Source: an uncultured Poribacteria bacterium (GTDB taxonomy: Bacteria; Poribacteria; WGA-4E; WGA-3G). From it: a stretch of 64,000 bases of DNA. This document shows, piece after piece, positions 10,601 through 20,900 of this stretch (position 1 is its first letter; each line of letters starts with the position of its first letter). Where the stretch lies: positions 4,160,001 to 4,224,000 of the forward strand of contig CATQHZ020000001.1 in assembly GCA_958296135.2 (NCBI GenBank), in the 5' to 3' direction. The translations under genes were made by a program, and so were the position numbers. The notes below the pieces were generated by a model. It saw only the letters and a list, made by a program, of their open reading frames with translations, was not told the DNA's origin and ran no database searches.

Positions 10601-10953
10601 TGTTGAGCAGTAATTTATTTTGGTGGTGGTATACGGTTGCGTCAAATTGCCGCCATCTTACCCCGTATGACCTGCAGAATTTCCCTGTTCCTCAATCTGC
10701 GCTTGAGGAACAGGAACTCGCTAGACTCGGCGAGGCGTATTTGGCGGACCTACGTCACAACAGTGAAATGAAGGTTCGCAATCAAAAGTCAACAGGTCGA
10801 ACCGAAACGCAGTCGTTCAAAATCCAAAAGTCTAAACCGATTATTGACAAAATCGACCGGGTGCTTGCGCAACACTACGGGTTCACGGATGAGGAACTAG
10901 ACTTCATCATCAACTACGACATTAAATATCGGATGGGGCTCGGCAATGCCTGA
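7684..10953 (+). CDS. Type IIG/Eco57I-like restriction-modification enzyme (amino-methyltransferase)
   Basis: VPYLNGGIF, LGYIFE, GAYYT, motif I LDPTCGSGAF, motif IV GFDVIIGNPPY; C-terminal TRD ending IDRVLAQHYGFTDEE. Confidence 0.85.
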   Translation: MQFNLNQTRHYLREADFNSLFIDGLGWDRHQQSLTVTVDETAYVLTAIVEKRGMVFFECATTDEAQMPNYSTRRKIQRKVAESVHEHVIIYTDAAKTTQIWQWVKREQGKPDACREHRYHHQQTGDAILQKLKTIAFSLAEEEGLTLPDVTGRVRAAFDVERVTKRFYERFKKAHDAFLTFLKGIPDGEMQQGYVSVMLNRLMFIYFIQKKGCLNGDADYLRTNLTRSKAAGTDRFYKTFLCPLFFQGFATPETERTEETNRLLGEVPYLNGGIFQRHQIEQQHGEAIHISDAAFEQLFAFFEQYQWHLDERPLRNDNEINPDVLGYIFEKYINQKQMGAYYTQEDITEYISKNTLIPFLFDAARKGCKVAFEGDASVWHLLQTNPDRYIYDAVKTGAQQNLPPEIALGIDDVSQRAAWNTLASDAYALPTEIWREVVARRQRYEQVRAKLANGEIADINALITENLNIRQFAQDVIEHCEGPELLRAFWNAITQVTILDPTCGSGAFLFAALNILEPLYEACLERMQAFVDEAEPVSPPSRRNLPVSPPHARRAQKYPDFRDILARIAKHPNRRYFILKSIIINNLYGVDIMDEAVEICKLRLFLKMVAQLDDVNQIEPLPDIDFNVQAGNTLVGYATYDEVEKAVTGRFDFDNTMARIRERAEDVEKLFSLFRQQQTELGSDVTLADKQALQEKLAELSDELNGYLAEEYGMDTSKTDTYQQWLSSHQPFHWFTTFYGILKEGGGFDVIIGNPPYLELRQIDYAPPTNLASYQSKAIHAMCVERSLQLLNPQGCMSMIVPMALVSTRRMQIVQSLLEKSRNVWYANYSWRPGKLFDTVNRALTIFVAVPSECGQTFSTDYQKWTSQNRDLLMYAVNYVEVPRHRHAFWVPKLGKELESSLLEKCTKIRNSLRLTARKGKHQVYYRAAGGLYWKVFTDFPPAFTVNGQASRSSTATSFGVETTEIAKPIIAMLSSNLFWWWYTVASNCRHLTPYDLQNFPVPQSALEEQELARLGEAYLADLRHNSEMKVRNQKSTGRTETQSFKIQKSKPIIDKIDRVLAQHYGFTDEELDFIINYDIKYRMGLGNA

Positions 10954-10960
10954 TACGCTA

Positions 10961-12232
10961 TTATCTTGCTGCGTCACGGCGAATGCGCCGCAATGGGACA
11001 TACAGACAAACCGTCGCAACCAGCAAAATCCCTGCCAACACTGCATAAGGAGACGCATCCGCCTCATAAAGCCAACCGCCGAGGAGCGGCCCGAGGATAC
11101 GCCCCAGACTTAAAAATGCGTCCATAATGCCGATAGCCGTGCCTTGCCCAATGTGCGTCTGCTTAGAAATCCACGACGTATTCGTCGGACGGATGAGTTG
11201 GTTGCCGATGCCCGCAATAGCCAAATAACCCGTGAGCATGAGGAACCCACTTTCCGCCACCGCCGTAGCACCGCCACCCATCCCTGTCCCTCGCATCGCG
11301 TGGAATGACAAAAGTGCCATCCCTACCGCGTTCAGCACCATCCCGACGAGGATGAGCCGCCGTTCCCCGAACCTGTTAATCAACCGTCCGAGTAAGCCGC
11401 CTTGCAACGGCACGACAATCACACCGATTATCGCGAACATCCACCCCATCTCTTTTTGTCCGTAGTTCCACCCTTTTTCAATGAAAAGCGGAAACGTCGC
11501 CTCCAATCCCGCGAAACTGAAGGTAGTAAAAAACGCAACGAGGAAGAGCGGATTGAGCGGCGATTTCAACGCTGTCCAGAATTCCTTGTAACCGTAGTGC
11601 GAAGGCCTGTCCCTCTCACGCTCCCGACCGGATTCGTCGTGTTTCTCTCCCTCCGATAGGCGCGCTTTCAAACCGCGTCTATCGACATGAGGGAGCGACT
11701 CTGGCAACAGGAGCATCACGAAGAAAAAGGTGAGCAGCGACAAACCGCCTGCGACAAAGAACGGCACATCGTGCCGCCCCAGGATGCCGCCAATCGCAGG
11801 CCCCAGGATGAAACCGAGCCCCATCGCCGCGCCCATCAATCCCATCCCTTTCCCGCGCGCCGCTAACGTTGTGACATCGGCGACGTAGGCCATCACCGTC
11901 GGTAGCACTGCTGCTGAAGCGATGCCGGCTGCACCCCGCGCGATGAAGAGCCACCCGTAACTTTTCGCAAGTCCGAAACCGACTAAAGCGATGGCGTTAC
12001 CGAGCAAACCGAGCAGAATCGCCGGCTTTCGGCCATGCTTGTCGGACAGTCTGCCCCACAGCGGTGCAAACACCAGTTGCATCCCGGAATAGATGGACAT
12101 CAATACGGCAATCTCGGTGGGCGTTGCCCCGAGATCTTCGGCGTAATAGGCGAGGTTAGGAATGATGATGCCAAACCCAAGCATCACAAAAAATAGGGTT
12201 AAAAATAGCAGCAGCAGTCTCGATTTTTCCAT
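10961..12232 (-). CDS. MFS transporter, TetA/DHA1-like
   Basis: About 12 hydrophobic helices; motif A GRLSDKHGRKP; motif C GFILGPAIGG. Confidence 0.9.
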   Translation of the reverse strand: MEKSRLLLLFLTLFFVMLGFGIIIPNLAYYAEDLGATPTEIAVLMSIYSGMQLVFAPLWGRLSDKHGRKPAILLGLLGNAIALVGFGLAKSYGWLFIARGAAGIASAAVLPTVMAYVADVTTLAARGKGMGLMGAAMGLGFILGPAIGGILGRHDVPFFVAGGLSLLTFFFVMLLLPESLPHVDRRGLKARLSEGEKHDESGRERERDRPSHYGYKEFWTALKSPLNPLFLVAFFTTFSFAGLEATFPLFIEKGWNYGQKEMGWMFAIIGVIVVPLQGGLLGRLINRFGERRLILVGMVLNAVGMALLSFHAMRGTGMGGGATAVAESGFLMLTGYLAIAGIGNQLIRPTNTSWISKQTHIGQGTAIGIMDAFLSLGRILGPLLGGWLYEADASPYAVLAGILLVATVCLYVPLRRIRRDAAR

Positions 12233-12269
12233 ATTTTATTTTGGCACAAAGCGTAACGAACACAACATC

Positions 12270-12800
12270 CAACCGCAGCGCGAGAGCCTGTTCCTCGCAA
12301 GACTTGGCAAACAAGGTAAGGCCACCCCATTCCACCGTAGCGCGAGGGCCGTCACGCCGAAACTTTGTCATCTCTGCCGCCTCGCTGCAGAGATGTCCAC
12401 TGTCCCTCGCAAGGCTTGGCAAAACCACGTGCCACCGTAGTGCGAGGGCCGTCACGGTCACGCCTACAGAAAACGTGCGTGTGTCGCCCCGCGTAAACAC
12501 GCCACCTTTAACGTTGTCATCTCTGCCGCCTCGCTGCAGAGATGTCCACTGTCCCTCGCAAGGCTTGGCAAAGTAACCACCTCTGCATATCGGGCTGACG
12601 CTGGCAGGCTCCATATTTAAGAACATATTCATCTATTATAGCAGGTTTACCGAGATGTGTCAACATTAAAAACGTCTTTTCCTTCCACCGTCGCGCGATG
12701 CCCCTTCCACCGTCGCGCGATGCCCCTTTCACCGTCGCGAGGGAAAACCTGTCCCTCGCGAACGTTCAACCCGCCGAACGCATTGCGAAATACAACAAAC
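12270..12800. repeat. Cluster of nested and tandem REP-like family A copies
   Basis: Copies at about 12272, 12335 and 12435, the last two split by inserts. A ~59-nt block TTGTCATCTCTGCC...GGCTTGGCAAA is duplicated at 12365 and 12514. A 22-nt tandem CCTTCCACCGTCGCGCGATGCC starts at 12681. Confidence 0.8.
12635..12663 (-). promoter_or_regulatory. Consensus sigma70 promoter facing the MFS gene
   Basis: Perfect TTGACA-N17-TATAAT on the minus strand, about 400 nt upstream of the MFS ATG. Confidence 0.7.
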
Positions 12801-12896
12801 TTTTTTATTGAATTTTTATTGAATTTTTGCTATCATAAATTGAGAGGTGCAAACACCCCCGATAACCCATTCACAACAGGACTGACGCAGCTGCTT

Positions 12897-12949
12897 CCGT
12901 AGAGCGGGGGCCTGTTCCTCGCTGTGCGCGGTTTCAAACTGCGCCTACC
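12897..12949. repeat. Hybrid A+B REP doublet upstream of dnaE
   Basis: GTAGAGCGGGGGCCTGTTCCTCGC followed by inverted GCGCGGTTTCAAACTGCGCCTAC. Confidence 0.75.
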
Positions 12950-13015
12950 AGACAGAAAATTCAGTTAACCACATCAGCCCAGAAGGCGCTGAACAACCGC
13001 TAGGAACAACAAAAA

Positions 13016-16000
13016 ATGTCTTTGGAATTCGTTCATTTGCACAACCACAGCGAATATAGCATGTTGGATGGCGCGTGCCGCATCTCGGACATGGTGGCCT
13101 GGGCCGTGGAGAACAGCGCACCGGCTGTCGCACTCACCGACCACGGTAACATGTTCGGCGCATGGGAGCTTTACACCAAAGCCACCGCCGCCGGGGTCAA
13201 TCCCATCGTCGGATGCGAGGTATATGTCGCACCCGGCCACCGAACAACCCGCGGGAAGGGACAAGGCGGTCCGTATCATTTGACGCTCCTCGCCGAGAAC
13301 GCGACCGGCTATCAGAACCTCTTGAAATTGGTGTCGCTTGCATACATCGAAGGGTTCTATAGCAAACCGCGCATCGACATGGAAATCTTGCGGGAATACC
13401 ACGGCGGAATTATCGCCCTCACCGGATGCATCCAAGGACAGGTACCGCAGCTCCTCTCTTCAAACAAGCGTGACGAAGGTGTCAAAAACTTCTTGGAATT
13501 GCAGGAGATTATGGGTGAGCGGAACCTCTACGTGGAGGTGCAAAATCACTACATCGACAAGGAAATCGCCGCCTACCCGATAATGGTGGAGTTGGCGAAG
13601 GAATACAATCTGCCGCTCGTCGGCACAAACGACTGCCATTATCTCCGCAAAACAGACCATCGTATGCACGATGTCCTGCTCTGCATCCAGACAAAGAAAA
13701 CCGTCAACGACGCAGAACGGCTGCGGTTTGACAACCACTTCTATTTCAAGAGCATTGACGAGATGCGCGAGGTGCTGAAGGATTTCCCGCCCGAGGCAAT
13801 CAGCAACACGCTTGAAATCGCCAATCGGTGCAACCTCAAACTCGATTACGGCCAAAGCCTGATGCCGACGTATGAGGTACCGGAGGGACATACAAACGAC
13901 AGTTATCTCAAGGAGCTCTGCTACGAAGGGCTACGCAAAAAATATGGTGGACACCTCTCCGAAGAGATATGCAAGCGGTTAGACTACGAACTTGACATCA
14001 TTAAGCAGACCGGCTATTCCGGCTATTTCCTCATCGTGTGGGATTACGTCAATTACGCGAACCAACAGGGATACCCGCTCTCCGCGCGCGGCTCCGCCGC
14101 CAGCAGTCTCGTGCTGTACGCCCTCAGCGTCATCACGTTCAACCCAATGGATTACGACTGCCTGTTTGAGCGGTTCCTCAACCTTGAACGCATCAGTCCA
14201 CCTGACATCGATATCGACTTCGCCGACCGGGCGCGGGAGCACGTTATCGAGTATCTTGTCAAAAAATACGGACAAGATTCTGTCGGGAAGGTCGCGACGT
14301 TTGCGACACTCGGGGTGAGATCGGCGATTCAGGATGTCGGCCGCGCGCTAGAGATGGACATGAGCGAGGTGAAAAAGTTGACGCGGCTGATTCCGGAGAT
14401 TCCGAAAATCACGCTGGACGATGTGTTGGAACAGGTTCCTGAATTCCAGGCACTCGCCGGGAAACCGGAAAATCGGGAGTTAATCGAGCTCAGCAGCGCC
14501 GTTGAAGGCATGAAACGGCATGTGTCGTGCCATGCCTCCGCCATCGTCGTTTCAAACGGCCGCCTCGCGGATCACGTTCCACTCTTCAAGGATAAACATG
14601 GGCAAGTCGCCACGCAATTTGAAGGCAAAACCGTAGAAGATGTCGGCATCGTCAAATTTGACTCCCTCGGCGTGCGAAGCCTTACCGAGACTTACGACTG
14701 CCTCAACCTCATCCGCGAAAAGCACGAGAAGGACATCAAGCTGGAGGACATTCCGTTTGACGATAAACCCACCTACTCGCTCATCAGCAAAGGGTTGATT
14801 GCTGGTTTATTCCAATTGGAAACTTCTCCAGGCATGTATCGCGTTGTTACGCAGCTCAAACCCGATACGTTTGAGGAGTTCACAGCGATTCCGGCACTTT
14901 ACCGTCCCGGGCCGCTTGAAAGCGGCACGATGCAGCAGTTCATCGATAGGAAGAACGGCTTGCAACCGGTGACTTACATGCATCCATCGCTTGAGGACGC
15001 GCTTAAGAACACATACGGGGTCTGTGTCTATCAGGAACAGGTGATGCAGATCGCGCGCGATATGGCCGGGTTCACACTCGGTGAGGCGGACATCCTCCGC
15101 TCCGCAATGGGCAAAAAGGACGAGGCACTGCTCGCCGCACAGCGCGATAAATTTGTCCAAGGCGCAATGGAAAACGGCATCGCCAAAAAGGAAGCGGAAG
15201 AAGTGTTTGCCCTGCTTGAACCTTTCGCCGGCTACGCCTTCAACAAATCGCACTCGGTTGCATACGCTATGTTGGCCTACCGCATGGCATATCTCAAAAC
15301 GCACTACCCGCGTGAATTCATGGCCGCCATGATGACCGGGGAGGCAGGCAGCACGCCGAAAATGACGCGATACCGGACCGAATGCGCGAGACTCGCCGAT
15401 TTCCTCGGGGTTGAAATCAACCTACTCCCCCCGGACATCAACAGTAGCCAGAAAGATTTCACGGTGAATGGCAATGACATCCTTTTCGGACTCCTCGCCA
15501 TCAAGAGTGTCGGCGACGCAGCGATAGACGAAATCGTGGCGGCACGCGAAAAGGGCGGCTCCTTCACATCGCTACAGGACTTCTGCGAACGCGTCAACAC
15601 CAAATTGGTGAACAAGCGCGCCATCGAAAGTCTCATCATGAGCGGAGCCTTCGACTCGCTTGAAGGACACCGGGCGCAACTACTTGAAAACGTAGAACTC
15701 GCCATGAAGGCATCGCAGACAGCGCGCGATGAACGAGAACGCGGACAGATGAGCATCTTCGGCGACATTGAGGAAAAGCCACCCATAACCGTAACCTTCA
15801 CGGAAACCGAAGAATGGAAACCGCTCGAACGCCTCATGAAGGAGAAAGAACAGCTCGGCTTTTACGTCTCAGGACACCCGTTGGAAGAATACGGTGACGT
15901 TATCGACAACTTCACCAACGCGACTACGGAGAACCTCGTCGAACATCAAATCGGCAGCGAAATCTACCTCGCCGGGATGATCACGGAGGTGAAACTCCTC

Positions 16001-16528
16001 ACCACGAAGAAAAAGGGCGATTCTATGGCAGCCCTCGGATTTGAAGATCTGGAAGGCGCAGTAGAAGTCGTCGTTTTTCCGGATGCATATAAAGCCTCCT
16101 CCGCCTTGTTAGAAGAGGGGAACGTGGTGTGGATCCGCGGCACTGTCGGCCAAAACCGCCGAAACGGCGACGCGCAGGAAGAACGGCAAATCCTCGCCGA
16201 AGAAATCTCTGATATTAGGGCTGTCATTAAGCAGCAAACCTCCGCGGTTGAAGTGACTATCCTGGAGGAAGACATTGACAACGTCCAGAAACTGGAGAGG
16301 CTCCAGCAGATCGCACAACAGAGCGAGGGCGACAATGACCTGATTCTCCGCCTTATGAGCCCGAAGTTCGGCGAAGTCATCGCGCAGTGTAGTGCTGCGT
16401 ACGACATCGCCTACGAGCCCCCGGTTATTGAGAAAGTGAAAGATTTATTCGGCGCGAATTGCATCAAACCGAGCAACCGTACCATCCGCCAAAATAAGAA
16501 CCGTGCCTCACAGATGGATTACGTGTAG
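13016..16528 (+). CDS. dnaE: DNA polymerase III subunit alpha
   Basis: PHP motifs FVHLHNHSEYS..DG, TDHGN, TNDCHY; RGSAASS; PDIDIDF; GYAFNKSHS; C-terminal OB fold. Confidence 0.98.
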   Translation: MSLEFVHLHNHSEYSMLDGACRISDMVAWAVENSAPAVALTDHGNMFGAWELYTKATAAGVNPIVGCEVYVAPGHRTTRGKGQGGPYHLTLLAENATGYQNLLKLVSLAYIEGFYSKPRIDMEILREYHGGIIALTGCIQGQVPQLLSSNKRDEGVKNFLELQEIMGERNLYVEVQNHYIDKEIAAYPIMVELAKEYNLPLVGTNDCHYLRKTDHRMHDVLLCIQTKKTVNDAERLRFDNHFYFKSIDEMREVLKDFPPEAISNTLEIANRCNLKLDYGQSLMPTYEVPEGHTNDSYLKELCYEGLRKKYGGHLSEEICKRLDYELDIIKQTGYSGYFLIVWDYVNYANQQGYPLSARGSAASSLVLYALSVITFNPMDYDCLFERFLNLERISPPDIDIDFADRAREHVIEYLVKKYGQDSVGKVATFATLGVRSAIQDVGRALEMDMSEVKKLTRLIPEIPKITLDDVLEQVPEFQALAGKPENRELIELSSAVEGMKRHVSCHASAIVVSNGRLADHVPLFKDKHGQVATQFEGKTVEDVGIVKFDSLGVRSLTETYDCLNLIREKHEKDIKLEDIPFDDKPTYSLISKGLIAGLFQLETSPGMYRVVTQLKPDTFEEFTAIPALYRPGPLESGTMQQFIDRKNGLQPVTYMHPSLEDALKNTYGVCVYQEQVMQIARDMAGFTLGEADILRSAMGKKDEALLAAQRDKFVQGAMENGIAKKEAEEVFALLEPFAGYAFNKSHSVAYAMLAYRMAYLKTHYPREFMAAMMTGEAGSTPKMTRYRTECARLADFLGVEINLLPPDINSSQKDFTVNGNDILFGLLAIKSVGDAAIDEIVAAREKGGSFTSLQDFCERVNTKLVNKRAIESLIMSGAFDSLEGHRAQLLENVELAMKASQTARDERERGQMSIFGDIEEKPPITVTFTETEEWKPLERLMKEKEQLGFYVSGHPLEEYGDVIDNFTNATTENLVEHQIGSEIYLAGMITEVKLLTTKKKGDSMAALGFEDLEGAVEVVVFPDAYKASSALLEEGNVVWIRGTVGQNRRNGDAQEERQILAEEISDIRAVIKQQTSAVEVTILEEDIDNVQKLERLQQIAQQSEGDNDLILRLMSPKFGEVIAQCSAAYDIAYEPPVIEKVKDLFGANCIKPSNRTIRQNKNRASQMDYV

Positions 16529-16637
16529 GCGCACACCGTAACCCAGATAACGTCCCTTTAATCCGTAGGGCGAGGGTTCCCCTCGCCATGGTGTGCCCCC
16601 CGTGCGCGTTTTCTGTCTGAATCAGGAGAAATTATTT

Positions 16638-17459
16638 ATGCAATACCGCACCCTCGGCAAGACAGGCCTCAGTGTCTCAGAAATCGGATACGGCGGCGGC
16701 AGAGTCCGCCCCGAACACGATGAAACGCAACTCATCAAGATGCTCCATCACGCGCTTGACAGCGGCCTCAACTATCTCGACACCGCGCCCACCTACGGCG
16801 GCGGCTATAGCGAAACCGTCATCGGCAAGGCCATCGCCGACCGGCGAGATGCCTGCATCGTCGCCACCAAGACAGAAGCGTTCGATCCGGATGGCATCGC
16901 CGCCGATGTGGAAGGTAGCCTCCAACGCCTCAGCACCGACTACATTGATGTGCTGCAATTCCACGGCGGCTGGTTCTATGCGGAACATACCGAACAGATT
17001 CTGAACGGCGGCGGGTTAGCGGCGTATCTGAAACTGAAAGAGGAAGGAAAGGTTCGCTTTATTGGGTTCTCTGCGGATGGTCCCTCCGGCGGCGTGGAGC
17101 AACTCATTGCCACCGGCACCTTTGATATGATGCAGATTCATTACAACCTAATGTATCAAAGCACCTGCGATGCGTTCAGCAAACGCGGCGTTATCCCCGA
17201 TGCCGCCGCACAAGAGATGGGCATCGTGCTGATGCGTTCCACGACAAGTAACGCCTTCCAAAATCTCATGCGCCACTGCTTCCCCACCGAGATGGCAGAC
17301 GTTGACGTGGATAGTTTTCTGCTCAACTTTTCCCTATCGAACCCGTTGGTAGATGTCGCCCTGATGAGTCTGCAAAGCAGGGCCGATGTCGATTGGACGA
17401 ACGCTGTCTCCGACGATGTCGCCTCGCGGCTCAATCTGCAGGCAATCCACGGTAGGTAG
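16638..17459 (+). CDS. Aldo/keto reductase
   Basis: MQYRTLGKTGLSVSEIGYG, NYLDTAPTYG, SLQRLSTDYIDVLQFH, GKVRFIGFS; CAGGAG RBS. Confidence 0.92.
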   Translation: MQYRTLGKTGLSVSEIGYGGGRVRPEHDETQLIKMLHHALDSGLNYLDTAPTYGGGYSETVIGKAIADRRDACIVATKTEAFDPDGIAADVEGSLQRLSTDYIDVLQFHGGWFYAEHTEQILNGGGLAAYLKLKEEGKVRFIGFSADGPSGGVEQLIATGTFDMMQIHYNLMYQSTCDAFSKRGVIPDAAAQEMGIVLMRSTTSNAFQNLMRHCFPTEMADVDVDSFLLNFSLSNPLVDVALMSLQSRADVDWTNAVSDDVASRLNLQAIHGR

Positions 17460-17549
17460 GCGCGGAATATGAGCATAGCCAACGGTGCAGCGGCCTCCGT
17501 AAGGCGGGGGCCTGTGCCCCGCCATCGTTCAACAACAAAACCCGCCAAA

Positions 17550-17921
17550 CTACGCCTCTGATGCCGCCTTCTTGCTCAACACCTCCACGAGATGATAAGC
17601 ATAGCGTCCGACATCCTGAATCTCGGTCCCCCGGTCTTCCAGCCGAACTTTGAGCGTCCAGATATACCCCGGCTCATAGTTGAAACCTTGGATGCTTTCG
17701 TAGAAAAATTCCCACGCCTGCGTCTCCTCGTTGAATACAAGGAAGCAGGTCTGCTCAATGAAACCCTGGCAGGTTTCGGTATAGGGACCGATGATGAGAA
17801 TCTCCATGTTTACCTCGCCGGGCGCGATGAGGGAGTCAATTGTGTCTGTCCTATCGCATCCAAGGCTAAGCGATAAAAGTAGCAATGCGATGGTTAGCAT
17901 GGATTTGGTTAGAAATTGCAT
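17550..17921 (-). CDS. DUF4377-like lipoprotein
   Basis: Lipobox SLGC; C.G....C..V, WEFFY..IQGFNYEPGY motif; AAGGAG RBS. Confidence 0.75.
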   Translation of the reverse strand: MQFLTKSMLTIALLLLSLSLGCDRTDTIDSLIAPGEVNMEILIIGPYTETCQGFIEQTCFLVFNEETQAWEFFYESIQGFNYEPGYIWTLKVRLEDRGTEIQDVGRYAYHLVEVLSKKAASEA

Positions 17922-17970
17922 GTTTTCTCCTTGTTCAGACAGCCGTAGGGAGGGGGCCTGTCCCCCCATC

Positions 17971-20900
17971 CTACGTGTCATGGAACGTTTCAGGTAACCC
18001 CGCGACAATCTCCTGCGTCTTCAGACTCACCGTGATGACAGAACCGATGAGCGCCACGATATACCGTGGCTTCTCCGTGTTGTTCGCATCGTTGACAAGC
18101 TGACTCCTATCATACGTCTTCACCTGATACCCATTGATGAGCCAGTCCAACGCCGAACGTTTCCCCAACCGATACGCAAACGCTTCCGCCGGAATCCCAG
18201 CCAACGTGAGAAACTCGTTGTATGCCAGCCGCGTCCGGTCTTTGGACAACCGCATCTTTTCCACGCGCAAATTGAGCGGCGCATCCGGTTTCGTGATGAA
18301 CTTGAGCGGATATTGCGGCTGCGCCTCGTAGTTCACGTGAATCTCCGCCAACCGCGCCCCGGCGTTCGCAAATGCCCAGAAGTCCCCGGCGTAGGGGATA
18401 TGCGGCAGATCGCGCTTCAGGTCCGCGGCGTAGCGTTCACGATACGCCGGATGGTGCAGGATGCCATACGTATAGTTGAAGATGTCCCACTTGGCGATGG
18501 AATCGTCGCCGTAATGCGCGCGAAATGCCGCGAGTGCCCAGTCAGTGACGTTTTCACGGCGGTTGGTGCCGTCTTCATCGTAAACATAGAAAGGGAAGCA
18601 CTGCGAAGCACCTTGCGGGAGTATGTCGGCAATTTTGTTTACCATGAGCGCGAACATCGGCCAGGCCCTTCCGGTCTTGAGCCAGATGACCCGGTTTTCT
18701 GTCTCTGTCGCCGGCGTCGGAAAAGTGATCGGAAACACGGACACGATATGATTGAGCGTTTTGTCAAAAAACAGATTCGTTTTCGTGAAGGGCCGGTAAA
18801 TTGCCTGCCGGATTTTCTCTTCCGCAAATTCTGCGGTTTGGCCGCTCATCAGTTTCCTTTTCAAACCTGAGCTCCACTTGACTTTTGTTCCATCATCCAC
18901 GACGAAATCATCGACAGACATATCCCGATTTGTTCGCCGCTCCCAACCGAATACCTGATAGTTGTAGGTTTCAATGGTAGACTTGACGTTTTGGATGAGG
19001 GTGTCTTGGTTAAAATTATAAAGCCAAGCATCCCGGGCCGTTTGCAACCCGAGCCCGAATTGACGAAAAATCGCCGGAACAGATGCATCGGTTGCTGTCC
19101 TCGCTTTTTTGAGCCCAATAGGGACAAAAGTGCCAAATTCCGAGTGAAGTCCGCTAGTAATCCATGTATGCCGCGCATCAGGTTGAATCTGTTGCCACGT
19201 CACATTGCCTACATGCTGGCATTCCGCTAGAAATTCAAAGGTGCGGGATTTATTCTGGCATCGCGTCTCACCATTGTAAAGGATGCGAGGCGGCTTGGAG
19301 GATGCCTGTTTTGTTTTCACAAAAAGGTTAATGCACACACCGCACTGAATGCCAAAGACATTCGCATCTCCCGGTTGCCCTTCCCGGACATTCCCACCAA
19401 GGTCTAGCACATGAAGCATGTCAAAATCTGACGCGAGATGTTTCCGCATGCCATCAAATGAGATGCCTTCGAGAAAACTGTGGTTCGTCACGAGCGCGAC
19501 AATGCCCGCCTCGCCAATCCGATCCGAGGCCCACCGAAGTGCTTTCACGTAGGGGTCGTAGAGCGAATTTTTGTTTGCCGCTTTCGAGTCATTCGCATAA
19601 GTAGCCCGGACTCGCGCATCTATCGTGGGATACTTGCGGTTCTTGTTGTTATCGTTCTCGTTTTTCTGCCCTGTGTTGTAGGGCGGATTGCCAATCACAA
19701 CGAACATCGGCGATGCCTTCTGCTTTGCCACGCGCGCTGTGTTCTCCGCTGTCAAGAGCGAGAGCTGCCGGGCTTCCGCCAAATCGAACGTATCCACAAG
19801 GGAGATGCCTTCAAACGGGAGATACTTTTCGGTGGCGGCGTAAAACTCGTGTTCAATGTTGATGCTCGCTATGTAATACGGCAGCAATAACACCTCATTG
19901 CACCACAACTCCGAACGGTATTTCGCCTCTAACTGGAACCGGTCTATCTCGCGCATCAGGCGGACGATGAAGTTGCCTGTGCCGACAAACGGGTCGATGA
20001 TGTGAACGCCCGCCTCGGAGAGGGAGCGGTTGAATTCGGTTTTCAGCAGATAGTCAACGCTCTTCACCATGAAATCGACGATAGGCTGCGGCGTATAGAC
20101 GATGCCGTGCGTATCGGCGACTGCTGCAGAATCGCCCTGAAAAAACTGCTCGTAGACGGTATTCAGGAAATGCTGTTTTTGCGAGAAATCGACGAGGGTG
20201 ACCGCTTCGCGTTCAATCGCCCGGTAGAAAGGGTTCAGATTTTTGAGGAATTCGTCCCTGCTGAACGCATCCTCGGTAAGTGCCCTGATAACCTGCTCAA
20301 TTTCGCGTGCAATAATATTGCGCTGCGTAAAATCCGGATTCCCAAAAACAGTCCGAAACGTTCGTTCCGTTAAAAGGTGCTGGATAAGCATCTCCTTCAC
20401 CGCCGCTTCGGAGAGGTTCGGGTTAATCGCTGTCTGGCAAAGCCGATGGAAATTGGCGAAGGCTGTTTGGAACCGGGCACTCGTGCGATGTTGGGCTTGG
20501 ATGAGTTCCGCCGCCTCGCGCTTCAGTGCCGGGACAATGTCCCGAAATTCGGTGACAGCGGCTTCCCACTCGGCGGCATGTTCGCGTTCGTAGGCGAAGA
20601 AGCGTTTGAGGACAGCGACGAGGTTCTCCCGACCCGTGATGTCCTCGTCAAGCACGAGGGCTCCGTGCTGATACAACATCGCGCGTTCTGGGGTTTGAAA
20701 GAGGATGTTATCTTGCGGGTAGCCGGCATCAAACTTGCGCAGGGCTTCGGTAGCCAGATTGCCTTGAATGCCTTTCGCCTCCCAGGTACCACAGGGGAGG
20801 TTGTATCCGTCAAGCAGGACACCGTCGAGACGGATGAGGTTGCTGTGTTTCCCCGCAGCGCGGGTGCCTGTCCCCGGGGCTTTTTCCACCGGAGCGCGCG

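Noticed and set aside
12156-12632. 158-aa ORF upstream of the MFS gene
   Set aside because: It is built from repeats, overlaps the MFS start out of frame, and has no recognisable motif.
13016-16528. Intein or split in dnaE
   Set aside because: Normal length, contiguous motifs, and no intein signature seen.
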